Below, in pieces: positions 23,631 through 32,000 of a stretch of 32,000 nt of DNA (position 1 is its first letter; each line of letters starts with the position of its first letter). Below the pieces are notes generated by a model, which was not told the DNA's origin, searched no databases, and saw only the letters and a program-made list of their open reading frames with translations. The position numbers and the translations under genes were made by a program. The stretch comes from an uncultured Chloroflexia bacterium (lineage in GTDB: Bacteria; Chloroflexota; Anaerolineae; Anaerolineales; Anaerolineaceae). The DNA lies in contig OY969938.1 in NCBI GenBank assembly GCA_963704755.1, forward strand, positions 1,560,001 through 1,592,000. The letters run 5' to 3'.

Positions 23631-25355
23631 ATGGACAACGCTGCCTTAGCCGCTACGTTCGATAAGATTGCCGACCTGCTCGAGATCAACGGAGAGGTCG
23701 TTTATAAGACGATTGCCTATCGCCGGGCTGCGGAAAACCTGCGCACCCTGGGGCGCGAGGCAGCGCTTTACCAGGCTGAAGGGACATTGACCGAAATCCC
23801 CGGCGTAGGGAAAGCCATCGCCGAGAAGATCGACGAGCTGCTGAACACCGGCAAACTGGGTTTCCTGGAACGCCTGGAACAGGAAGTGCCGCCCACCCTG
23901 CTGGAACTGCTCAAAATTCCCGATGTGGGCCCCAAAAAAGCCGCTCTGTTTTGGAAAAAGGTCGGGGTGACCAGCCTGGACGAACTGGAAAAGGCCCTCG
24001 ATGAGGGCAAGCTGCGCGATTTACCCGGTATGGGCGAAAAGTCCGAGCAGCGCGTACGCGAAGGCATTGCCGCCATCAAACGACGCACCACCCGCCTGCC
24101 GCTGGGCACGGCCCGGCCGGTCGGGTTGCAGTGGGTGGACTGGCTGCGCGGACAGCCGGGCGTCACCCGCGCCGAAATCGCCGGCAGCCTGCGCCGCTGG
24201 CGTTCGACCATCGGCGACATCGACTTGATCGCCTCTGCCGACGATCCCAAAAGTGTGATGAAAGCCTTCACTACCCATCCCCAGGTACTGCGAGTGCTGG
24301 GCCAGGGCGAAGCCAAATCCAGCGTCGAGCTGGCAGGGGGCGTCAATATCCAGCTATGGATCCAGCCGGCCGAGAATTTTGGCAGCCTGTGGCAGTTTGT
24401 CAGCGGCTCGAAGGACCACAATGTGCACCTGCGCGAGCTGGCCCAACGGAAGGGACTGTCCCTTTCCGAGCATGGGCTGGCCGACGAAAACAATCAAGAA
24501 ATGCACTTCAGCGATGAGCCTGAGCTGTATAAAGCCCTCGGGTTGGACTGGATCCCGCCCGAACTGCGCGAAGACAATGGCGAAATCCAGGCCGCTCAGG
24601 CGGGTAAACTGCCCCGGCTGGTGCAGGTCAGCGACCTGCAAGCCGAATTGCACAGCCACTCCATTTGGAGCGATGGAAACCAATCGATCCGTGAAATGGC
24701 CGCCGCGGCCCGCCAGCGCGGACTGAGCCTGCTGGCAGTGACCGACCACAGCCAATCGCTAGGCATTGCCAATGGCCTGACCCCCGCGAGATTGCGCTCC
24801 CAGCGGGCAGAGATCGATAAACTCCAGGCTGAACTGGGGGATGAGATTCTACTGCTGCAAGGCGCCGAAATTGAGATCAAGGCCGACGGCAGCCTGGACT
24901 ACCCGGATGACGTGCTTGCCGAGCTGGATATCGTCATCGCCTCGCTGCACGTGGCCCTGCGCCAACCGCGCAAAGAGGTCACCGAACGGCTTATCAAAGC
25001 TATGCGCAACCCCAATGTGGATATCATCGGCCATCCCAGCGGGCGCCTGCTGCCCGAGCGGGAAGGGGCCGACCTGGATTGGGAAGCCGTTCTCAAGACC
25101 GCCAAAGAGACCGGGGTAGCCCTGGAGATCAATGCCCATCCTTCACGCCTGGACCTGGACGACGTCCATGCCCGCGTGGCGGGTCAAATGGGCATCTTGC
25201 TAACCATCGACACCGACGCCCACAGCCCGGCCGATCTGGATAACCGTGAGTACGGCGTTTCGGTCGCCCGGCGGGCCTGGATCGAGCCGTCCCAGGTGAT
25301 CAATACCTGGTCGTCCCCAAAAATTCGCGACTGGTTAAAAAATCCCCGAAATTGA
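23631..25355 (+). CDS. polX: Family X DNA polymerase with C-terminal PHP phosphoesterase domain (PolX)
   Basis: The N-terminus is 'FDKIADLLEINGEVVYKTIAYRRAAENL'. HhH motifs are 'IPGVGKAIAEKI' and 'IPDVGPKKAALF'. The palm motif is 'AGSLRRWRSTIGDIDLIA'. PHP motifs are 'ELHSHSIWSDG', 'LAVTDHS', 'IIGHPSGR', 'LEINAHP' and 'IDTDAHS'. Confidence 0.92.
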   Translation: MDNAALAATFDKIADLLEINGEVVYKTIAYRRAAENLRTLGREAALYQAEGTLTEIPGVGKAIAEKIDELLNTGKLGFLERLEQEVPPTLLELLKIPDVGPKKAALFWKKVGVTSLDELEKALDEGKLRDLPGMGEKSEQRVREGIAAIKRRTTRLPLGTARPVGLQWVDWLRGQPGVTRAEIAGSLRRWRSTIGDIDLIASADDPKSVMKAFTTHPQVLRVLGQGEAKSSVELAGGVNIQLWIQPAENFGSLWQFVSGSKDHNVHLRELAQRKGLSLSEHGLADENNQEMHFSDEPELYKALGLDWIPPELREDNGEIQAAQAGKLPRLVQVSDLQAELHSHSIWSDGNQSIREMAAAARQRGLSLLAVTDHSQSLGIANGLTPARLRSQRAEIDKLQAELGDEILLLQGAEIEIKADGSLDYPDDVLAELDIVIASLHVALRQPRKEVTERLIKAMRNPNVDIIGHPSGRLLPEREGADLDWEAVLKTAKETGVALEINAHPSRLDLDDVHARVAGQMGILLTIDTDAHSPADLDNREYGVSVARRAWIEPSQVINTWSSPKIRDWLKNPRN

Positions 25356-25402
25356 AACGTCAGGCGAGTGCTTCGCACTCGCCTGACGTTTCAATTTCGG
25401 GG
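25344..25402. terminator. 28-bp perfect hairpin between convergent genes, containing the polX stop codon
   Basis: ccccgaaattgaaacgtcaggcgagtgc-ttc-gcactcgcctgacgtttcaatttcgggg. The polX TGA at 25353-25355 lies in the left arm. Confidence 0.7.
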
Positions 25403-25418
25403 GGAATTTGACTAAATT

Positions 25419-27884
25419 CTATGGGGCGGGCAGCTCACTGGTGTAAATGCGGTTGCCCAAGGCCATAACCAGCACACGTGAGCCGGTCACGGTAAATGCA
25501 CTCGCAGGCGCATCCGGTACCTGGCCCGCGCTGGTTTCGCGTAAGGTCATTTTGCGGACAAAATTCAACCCCAGGCTGAACTGGTACACCGTGCGACCGG
25601 TCGAATTGAGGAAATAAATGGCCGGTTCCGGTGGTTGGGTGGTGATCTCCTGGGTGAACTCGACGTTCATGGTGGTTTCTGCCTGGGCAGTCTGCCCGGA
25701 CAGGCTGACATTGTAGGGAGATGGGTCGGTACAACGCGTGGCGGCTGGGGTCACGCTGTTATAGGTGCACACGGCCAGGTGACTATCCTGGTTGAGGATG
25801 AATACATCATCCTGGTAGAGGTTGATATCGATGGCACTGCCCAGGGCCGGTACTTCATTCCCAAAGAAAGAGTGGGGCGCATCCGGAAACTGGAAATTTC
25901 CGCCGTCAAAACGCCAGATTGAGCTATGGTCCAGAACGTTCAGGACGCCATTATCGTAATAAATCGATTGGATACTGTTCCAACCGGCATCCGGTGGGAC
26001 CAGGGTGGCTGCGGTATTCTCGGTGGCATCCAGTGAACAGTACAGGATATTACCGTAAGCATCGATCCCCATAACGACCGCATTGAATGGATTTGAGTCC
26101 GGGGCGAGCATAATGTCGATCAGGGGGCTGACGATCACGCCGCCATACTGGTTGGGACCGCAGGTAAAACTGTCGTCCACTTTATAGCCCGGGTGGGTAT
26201 ACACCAGGCGGGCTACCGAGCCCGAATCACCATCCAACAAATACAGGTCTTCCGATGGCGTGGGGAGAATCCGTTTGAAATTGACCTGATCCGATCCGAT
26301 GGTAGCCACCAGCGACATATCCAGCCGTTGGACACCGTCCAGTTTATCCAGGCTGCTGTTCACCTGGTCGAGTAACGTTTGCATTTCGTCCGAGTGGCCA
26401 TACTTGGCCGCCTCGTTAAGGGTATCCAGGGCAGATTGATAGTTGACTCGCGTAATCGTCGGATCGGTTGCCTGTTGTGCCAGGAGGATCAACCGTTGCG
26501 CTTCAACCAGTTTGCTGTGGTGTTCTTCGCCATTCCCTACCTGCACATAAACGGTTGTCGCAATGGCCACAATGACCAGCGGAATCGCAATCGCTATAAA
26601 GACCATCGACCCGGTCGAAAGAGCCGGCATCCGGTCGGCCTGGCCCGGTAGTACACCGGCCAGCAGATGGCCAAAAAAGTTTTGGATCCTGGACTGGATC
26701 GAACGCCAGGTATTGAGCCCTGTGCTCACTGCTCCTCGGGCGCGCGTTTCGGCTTTCACCGCTCGCAGAGCTTTTTCTCGCTCGACCTGGGCCTCATGCT
26801 GAACACGAGCCGGTGCTGGTTTCACTCCTGCCGGCGGCGAGGCAGGGCGAGGTGAAGCACTTTTATGGGGTGGCCGGTTGACCATCCCCGAGAGCCGCCC
26901 AAATCCGCTGGCCTCCGCCGGCTGGGCCGGCGCAGCCTGCACTTGCTGCCCGCCAAGCGAAATACCCGTCTTGCGCGGTGAGCCAGAGGGGGTCTCTGGA
27001 TGGGCATCCGCGGGCGGAATAACGCCGGTCGTATCTTCCGCACCCGTTTGCGGAGGCGCAGCGAGCCCCGAGGTTGAAAGTGAACTCGCCGAGCCGGACG
27101 GGGCAGCAGTCTCGGTGGCAGCCGGTGTGGTTGTCGCCGGAGAGGTTGTCGCCGGTGAAGGGTTTGCCGGCGCGGCCGTCGCCATGTTCTCAGCCTGGGC
27201 CAGGTTGACCGTTTTGATTTCACCGCTGCCGGGTTTGATCCGCAGCATGGCGAAACAGACGTCGTCACCGGCCTGGGTCAAAAGTCGCCGGCGGATATTG
27301 GCCAAAGGGAGTTGAGCGCTGCCCACCAGTGTGCGCGTGGACCAATATTCGGGCGGGCGGGCGCTCATGATGAGCAGATCGCCGGCCTGTACCTGAGTAC
27401 GGTAGAAACGCACGGTGGCGGTCCGGCTGACGCCCAGGCCCCGGCCGGCGCCTTGGGGATCATAGAAATATTGAATACCATCTTGCCCAATGGCGTAAGT
27501 ATGCACTGGGCCGGAATGGGCGATGTACAGCAAGTCGCCGTGCAAGACGGCTGCCATGAAAAAGCCCAGGATTGGCGAACCATCCTTAGCCACCCGCAAG
27601 TTGCGGGCCATCAAGCGGTCATTGAGCTGGATGGCAACGGCCTTTAGCGCTGCGGTAACCGTCCCGCGGGTGTTGTAATAGACGCTGGACAGTTTTTCCA
27701 GCACATCCGCCTGAGCACCTGTTACCACTGACCCGTGTTCGTCGAACTGGACCAGCAGCGCCAGCAGGTCCTCCTCGCGGCCGCGTGCAGGTTTGCGCGG
27801 AGGGGAAGCAGTATACAGGCCGGGTAAATCGGGGATTTCTTTTCCGGCAATCCGGTTGAAGGAATACACATTCAGGTCAAACAA
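25419..27884 (-). CDS. Membrane protein: N-terminal PP2C-like (probably inactive) domain, Pro/Ala/Ser/Thr-rich linker, one TM helix, C-terminal extracytoplasmic domain
   Basis: 821-aa ORF with a TTG start preceded by AAGGCGG. 'FFMAAVLHGDLLYIAHSGPVHTYAI...GRGLGVSR...VQAGDLLIMSARPPEYW' follows the PP2C strand pattern, but HSGP and SARPP stand where GDSR and SDGL are expected. The TM helix is 'MVFIAIAIPLVIVAIATTVYV'. Confidence 0.55.
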   Translation of the reverse strand: MFDLNVYSFNRIAGKEIPDLPGLYTASPPRKPARGREEDLLALLVQFDEHGSVVTGAQADVLEKLSSVYYNTRGTVTAALKAVAIQLNDRLMARNLRVAKDGSPILGFFMAAVLHGDLLYIAHSGPVHTYAIGQDGIQYFYDPQGAGRGLGVSRTATVRFYRTQVQAGDLLIMSARPPEYWSTRTLVGSAQLPLANIRRRLLTQAGDDVCFAMLRIKPGSGEIKTVNLAQAENMATAAPANPSPATTSPATTTPAATETAAPSGSASSLSTSGLAAPPQTGAEDTTGVIPPADAHPETPSGSPRKTGISLGGQQVQAAPAQPAEASGFGRLSGMVNRPPHKSASPRPASPPAGVKPAPARVQHEAQVEREKALRAVKAETRARGAVSTGLNTWRSIQSRIQNFFGHLLAGVLPGQADRMPALSTGSMVFIAIAIPLVIVAIATTVYVQVGNGEEHHSKLVEAQRLILLAQQATDPTITRVNYQSALDTLNEAAKYGHSDEMQTLLDQVNSSLDKLDGVQRLDMSLVATIGSDQVNFKRILPTPSEDLYLLDGDSGSVARLVYTHPGYKVDDSFTCGPNQYGGVIVSPLIDIMLAPDSNPFNAVVMGIDAYGNILYCSLDATENTAATLVPPDAGWNSIQSIYYDNGVLNVLDHSSIWRFDGGNFQFPDAPHSFFGNEVPALGSAIDINLYQDDVFILNQDSHLAVCTYNSVTPAATRCTDPSPYNVSLSGQTAQAETTMNVEFTQEITTQPPEPAIYFLNSTGRTVYQFSLGLNFVRKMTLRETSAGQVPDAPASAFTVTGSRVLVMALGNRIYTSELPAP

Positions 27885-28089
27885 CAGCCGCCGCCTTTGA
27901 TGTCTTTTTTAACGCTGAGAACGAGCGCAGGTAAAGGAATTATGCTAACAACTGTAGTACGGAAGACAAATCCTGCCGGTACGCGGTCTCCAGTGCAAAA
28001 AACTTGCCCGATGAATTCACGTGAGGTTATTATACCCGTGAGTAGATCAATGCAATCCTTATGCCAGCTTGAATTCTTTTCTTTTAACC

Positions 28090-28160
28090 AAATAAATAGT
28101 GGATATAAAAAGAGCCCCCTCACTTCGTGAGGGGGCTCTTTTTATATCCACTATTTATTT
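28090..28160. terminator. 34-bp perfect hairpin at the 3' end of the SIMPL gene, containing its stop codon
   Basis: aaataaatagtggatataaaaagagccccctcac-ttc-gtgagggggctctttttatatccactatttattt. The stop codon is at 28155-28157. Confidence 0.65.
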
Positions 28161-28880
28161 GATCGCGTAGCTCATCGTGGCGTCGATCTCGATGACGAGC
28201 TGCCCGGCAGCTACCGGTACAGAGGACTGAGCCGCGTTCACCATAGATCGGGCGTCGTACACCGGGCTGGGGGTGCTGGGGGTGGAAGTGCTGACGGTAA
28301 TCAAGTCACCCAACTGTACACCGGCCAGGTTAGCCAGGTCCTGCGCCTTGGCTTTGGCATCGTCGATGGCCATCTTGCGGGCTTGTTCTTCCGCAGTGGT
28401 GCGGTCGGCCACGTCAAAGCTGATTCCGTTGATGCTGTTTGCACCGTTCTGGACCACAGCGTTGAGGATATCGCCCAGTTTCTGCAAATCTGTAATCTTG
28501 ACATATACCGTGTTATCGACCGAGTAGGTCGTATCGCTCTTGGTGCCATCCGCGTTGTAGTTCGTCTGCGGGCTGACATTGAAAGCCGAAGTCTGGATGT
28601 CTTCCTTGGCAACGCCCAATCCCGTCAGTGTATCGGCGATTTGCTGCGCCTGCTGGTTGTTGGCAGTCAGTGCGGCAGATACGTCTTTATTCTCAGTATG
28701 GACCCCAATATAAATGTAAGCCATATCCGGTACGATGTAAACCTTACCTACACCGGAGACACTGATCTGGCGGGTGGTATCGGTGCTGGTGGTGGTCGCG
28801 GTTGGCGCTACGCCCTGGCAGGCAGCCAACAAAGCCACTAAAACTACCCCAACAATAATTGTAATAAAGCTTTTTTTCAT
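28155..28880 (-). CDS. SIMPL / DUF541-family lipoprotein
   Basis: AAGGAGGAG lies upstream of the ATG. The signal 'MKKSFITIIVGVVLVALLAAC' carries a lipobox (LAAC). 'ISVSGVGKVYIVPDMAYIYIGV...AALTANNQQAQQIADTL...IQTSAFNVSP' is the family pattern. Confidence 0.8.
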   Translation of the reverse strand: MKKSFITIIVGVVLVALLAACQGVAPTATTTSTDTTRQISVSGVGKVYIVPDMAYIYIGVHTENKDVSAALTANNQQAQQIADTLTGLGVAKEDIQTSAFNVSPQTNYNADGTKSDTTYSVDNTVYVKITDLQKLGDILNAVVQNGANSINGISFDVADRTTAEEQARKMAIDDAKAKAQDLANLAGVQLGDLITVSTSTPSTPSPVYDARSMVNAAQSSVPVAAGQLVIEIDATMSYAIK

Positions 28881-29126
28881 GACTCCTCCTTATAGAGTCT
28901 TTTTCGTTTTATAAAGAGCATTTCGCCATTTTTCGGTCTCTGCCGGGTAAGCCGCTTATCTTTTGCTCGCGTGTAGGCTTGGGTGGTCGGACCACTTCAA
29001 CCCATCCCGTGAAACCATTTTCGAACAGGTCCTTTTTCAAGACTGAACCGGGTCTTTGGTTGCTCTTTCCGAGTAATGACGTCTATATTCGAAGGAAAGT
29101 TCCCGTCGCAGTGGAAATAAATGCAA

Positions 29127-29171
29127 GCGAGGTTCGTTTTTGGCAGTTTCACTGCCAAAAACGAACCTCGC
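29127..29171 (-). terminator. 20-bp perfect hairpin downstream of the 29307..30374 gene
   Basis: gcgaggttcgtttttggcag-tttca-ctgccaaaaacgaacctcgc, with T-rich flanks on both strands. Confidence 0.6.
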
Positions 29172-29306
29172 GCGATTTTTTGTAACTATTCAGGCCCAGG
29201 CTGAGGAGTTCCCGAACCCGAGGCATTTGTCCGGCTTTGCCGCCACAAATATCTCGATCTCGGGGTTTTAACCTACCGGTCCAGGCAGTGCCTTAAATTT
29301 CATTTT

Positions 29307-30374
29307 TTATGGCGCAGTCTTCACGATGAACGCGCCAATCGGCTGATCGACCACCAGGTGAATGCTTGCATTTTGCGCGTCGGCGCCCGGTGAGTAAATC
29401 ACATCCCCGCTCACCTGAAAACCATCGGGAATACTCCGAATGGAAATTCCGCTATCGATGGTCATTTCCACCAGGGCTCCTTGCGGGACCCATACGGTCA
29501 GAGTTCCAACCGGTACACTGACCCGACCATCGAACGAGTTGTTTGCCGGTAAGGTGATCGCCAGGCTGCCCACCGCCACCTCTGCATCCAGGCCATTGAG
29601 GTCCAGTGCAGAAAGGTCGAGGGTCTGTTTACCGACCCCGGTAGAAGTTTGCAGGTTGATCGGGATCCGGTCGTTCAGCGACAGGTCCCAGGAAGGTGAA
29701 TCGGTCCAGGCGTAAGCCGGGAACACCGCCGGTTGCGTATCGGAGAGCGAATAACTTCCCAGCCCGTCCGCCACTTCGTAGCGCTGGCTCGGCCCATAAC
29801 TACCCGTCTTGTAAAGGTTCCCTGATAGAAGCTGGCTGCTTTCTGCTCCCGCTTTGACATCGATCCAGCCGACCGGATCGGACAAATACAGGTTCGCCCG
29901 GCTGGCATCGTTCAGCGGCTGGCTGATGGGCTCGGCGGTAGCACGTACAATCAAGCGAGCCGTGTATGCGTACCAGCCGATACCCGCCACAATACCTATC
30001 GCAATCAAAACGCCTATGGCACTCACCCAGGCCGAGCGGCCCGAGAAAATCAAATCCAGCCCCACGCCCACCAGCAGCAGCGGCCACAGGCGCAGCAGCA
30101 GGCTGAAAGCGCTGATCTGCAGGTAGCCAAAATTTGCCAGCAGGAATGCCGTGCCAAAGCCCAGCGAAATGATGCCCCAGACCCAGCTATCACCGCGGAA
30201 CAGGCTGTCCAGCCCACCCAGGATGAAAATTAAGGGCCAAAGGTTTATAAATACGTCCCACAAGTTCCCTGTGATGTACCCCAGGGTGTTCAACAGCAGA
30301 ATCACACCCACTGTTATCAGCAGGAGGGGCCAAAAAATACTGTGTCGCCTGATCCGATTGTTTTGGATTGACAT
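29307..30374 (-). CDS. LiaF-like membrane protein (N-terminal LiaI/LiaF-type TM region plus C-terminal toast-rack-like beta domain)
   Basis: The ATG at 30374 lies 6 nt after GAAGGA; the ORF track extends it to GTG 30395. The TM segments include 'FWPLLLITVGVILLLNTLG' and 'LWPLIFILGGLDSLF'. The C-terminal repeats are 'LDAEVAVGSLAITLP...GRVSVPVGTLTVWVP...VEMTIDSGISIRSIP'. Confidence 0.68.
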   Translation of the reverse strand: MSIQNNRIRRHSIFWPLLLITVGVILLLNTLGYITGNLWDVFINLWPLIFILGGLDSLFRGDSWVWGIISLGFGTAFLLANFGYLQISAFSLLLRLWPLLLVGVGLDLIFSGRSAWVSAIGVLIAIGIVAGIGWYAYTARLIVRATAEPISQPLNDASRANLYLSDPVGWIDVKAGAESSQLLSGNLYKTGSYGPSQRYEVADGLGSYSLSDTQPAVFPAYAWTDSPSWDLSLNDRIPINLQTSTGVGKQTLDLSALDLNGLDAEVAVGSLAITLPANNSFDGRVSVPVGTLTVWVPQGALVEMTIDSGISIRSIPDGFQVSGDVIYSPGADAQNASIHLVVDQPIGAFIVKTAP

Positions 30375-30455
30375 ATCCAGTCCTTCTCTATTCACAGGCT
30401 GCCCGAAAGTTCCTTTCCGGCAGCCTAATGATTCTCATCCTTAGCGCCGGTTCAC

Positions 30456-31094
30456 TCAGCGTTGGACCGCCCGAACAATCAGGTAGCCGCCAACCACGAT
30501 CAACGCCAGCGGCCAGATATAGACGGCCCAATTCAACGATCCCATCATCACGATCAAAGCGACCGCCGCCAGGGCCAGTGCCGGGTAAATCGGCCAGCGC
30601 ATCGGAATACCGCCGTCTTTGAACAGCATCAGAGACGCAAAAGTCGCCGAAAGCCCCAGCAAAAAGACCCAGGCCGAGTCCGTGATGAACGGGTCGAGCA
30701 AGATCAGCAGCACCAGGCTGAACATGGTGCCCATGGGGATCAAAGCCCACCAGTAGTTCCTGCGCATCAGGAACACCGCCAGGAATGCACAACCGATCCC
30801 GCCCAGGACAATCGCGCCGCCCAGATAGTCGGCAAGGCGCGGGAAGACATCATCGAGGCCAATCAAGATCCCGATACCCAGCAAGGTAAACCCGGGAATG
30901 ACGGCCCACCAGGCCGAGCGGTCACTGGCCGTGACCAGCAAAAAAGCACCCCCACCTGCGACGAATAACACCGCCCAGAACAACCCGGCCAGGCTAAGCG
31001 ACAAAAACGTATCCAGAAAGGCCACCAGGCCGAGCAAAATCAACGTACCACCTACAATGTAACGCCACCGATGCGAATTCAAACTGGAATTCAT
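30456..31094 (-). CDS. Polytopic membrane protein of unknown function (about 6-7 TM helices)
   Basis: AAGGAG lies 7 nt upstream of the ATG. The sequence is hydrophobic throughout, with an internal repeat 'WWA(V/L)IP'. Confidence 0.6.
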   Translation of the reverse strand: MNSSLNSHRWRYIVGGTLILLGLVAFLDTFLSLSLAGLFWAVLFVAGGGAFLLVTASDRSAWWAVIPGFTLLGIGILIGLDDVFPRLADYLGGAIVLGGIGCAFLAVFLMRRNYWWALIPMGTMFSLVLLILLDPFITDSAWVFLLGLSATFASLMLFKDGGIPMRWPIYPALALAAVALIVMMGSLNWAVYIWPLALIVVGGYLIVRAVQR

Positions 31095-31125
31095 CAGAAA
31101 ACTCCTTCTACTTGATCATACTTAC

Positions 31126-31935
31126 TCACGCGCTAACGACTTCGATCGACCCAACGCCGGCCTCGATCGAAATTTCTACTTTATTTTCCGCATTTACAAA
31201 ATCCGGGAACTCGTAAGCATAGCCATTATGCGGGAAACGGTTCTGATCGATCTTCAGGCCGATCAAACCACTCTGCACGCGAATGCGCCCGGCGACACCT
31301 TGAGGCACCATCAGGACAACCGAGGCTGCCCCCGCGTGGACCTCGACGCTGGTCTGGCCGGCCCGAGCCGGCAAGGTAAGCCGGGTTGAGCTGGCGCCCG
31401 TTTCCAACACCAGTTTACGCACCTGCACGTCACGCAAATCGATCACGCCTTCGCCCGCCCCGGTATGGAAGGCCAGGTCCATGGGCATACTGTTAGACAG
31501 GTGCACGTTCCAGCGAAAACCATCGCCGGGACCCCAATTCCACCACAGCCGCTGGGCTTCGGCGCGCAGCTTGACCCGCGCCGTCGTGCCATAGCGGTCC
31601 AGCGAATGGACCACCCCACCTCCAAAAGTCCCATCCAGGATATTCCCAACCGCCGCCAGCGAACCAACCGCCAGTGTACCGGCGCCGTGGTGGAACTCAA
31701 TATAAGCATCGACTGCATTTTCCTGCGGGATCGCCAGAGAGGTCGATTCCATTTGCCCGCCCATTTGCCCGCGGGTCACGGCCGGCCGCAAGAAAATCCA
31801 CAACCCCGCCAGGATCAAGAAGAACGGCCAAAAATAAGCCCAGGCGTTCCAGGCCAGAAAGCCCATGGTTTGCAGCAAAAGCAGTACTCCCAATACGACG
31901 ATGATCAATCCCCAGAAAAAACGATTCGTACGCAT
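31126..31935 (-). CDS. LiaF-like membrane protein (two TM helices plus toast-rack-like C-terminal domain)
   Basis: The ATG at 31935 lies 7 nt after GGAG; the ORF track extends it to 31989. The TM segments are 'FFWGLIIVVLGVLLLLQTMGFL' and 'YFWPFFLILAGLWIFL'. The C-terminal repeats are 'GEGVIDLRDVQVRKLVLETGASSTRLTLP...VEVHAGAASVVLMVP...ISIEAGVGSIEVV'. Confidence 0.68.
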   Translation of the reverse strand: MRTNRFFWGLIIVVLGVLLLLQTMGFLAWNAWAYFWPFFLILAGLWIFLRPAVTRGQMGGQMESTSLAIPQENAVDAYIEFHHGAGTLAVGSLAAVGNILDGTFGGGVVHSLDRYGTTARVKLRAEAQRLWWNWGPGDGFRWNVHLSNSMPMDLAFHTGAGEGVIDLRDVQVRKLVLETGASSTRLTLPARAGQTSVEVHAGAASVVLMVPQGVAGRIRVQSGLIGLKIDQNRFPHNGYAYEFPDFVNAENKVEISIEAGVGSIEVVSA

Positions 31936-32000
31936 AATCCATCTCCATTTATCTTTGAAGAATGACACTTTGGAACTACTCAAGCCCATGGTAAAGGGTT

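Noticed and set aside
28979-29185. 68-aa plus-strand ORF between the SIMPL and LiaF-like genes
   Set aside because: It has no SD, ends within the 29127-29171 hairpin and has no recognisable motif.
1-32000. Search for a defence island, prophage, DGR, retron, toxin-antitoxin or biosynthetic cluster
   Set aside because: I recognised none of the following in any frame:
- reverse transcriptase, integrase, transposase or Cas protein
- restriction or methylase motifs
- phage structural genes
- PKS/NRPS or RiPP-type genes
The only accessory-looking block is the glycosyltransferase island.

Overview
This 32-kb window has about 20 protein-coding genes. I recognised no rRNA, tRNA, CRISPR array, transposase, integrase, reverse transcriptase or defence-type nuclease. 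The backbone is GC-rich: hand counts of single 60-nt lines give 38/60 at 7981 and 36/60 at 18001. Gene content is mostly cell envelope and housekeeping.

Genes from left to right:
- a clan GH-A-like hydrolase that looks frameshifted
- an OmpR-type response regulator with an intramembrane-type histidine kinase
- a peptidase C45 / Ntn-hydrolase-like gene
- a 2007-aa bacterial alpha-2-macroglobulin homologue without a thioester motif
- an AT-rich island (24/60 GC at lines 12001 and 14401) with three glycosyltransferases and a split HTH / transmembrane / lectin-like gene
- a 1009-aa secreted NHL-repeat protein
- a PAP2 phosphatase
- an M50 site-2-protease-like gene
- PolX
- a PP2C-like membrane protein
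- a SIMPL lipoprotein
- three membrane proteins, two of them LiaF / toast-rack-like

The less ordinary signals are non-coding:
1. Five near-identical 70-bp tandem units sit in a 920-bp gene-free gap that ends at the polX promoter.
2. Eleven hairpins lie at gene ends. Nine have perfect stems of 19-34 bp, several contain the stop codon, and two share a 13-nt stem core.
3. A 19-nt direct-repeat box with an identically spaced -10 lies upstream of both the two-component operon and the hydrolase gene.
4. A roughly 160-nt nested inverted-repeat element lies upstream of the C45 gene.
5. A 40-nt REP-like hairpin occurs twice in opposite orientation.

The protein repertoire suggests a Chloroflexota-like organism, but that is only a guess. 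All family assignments rest on remembered motif patterns, not on searches. I found no clear novel multi-gene system and rank the observations accordingly.
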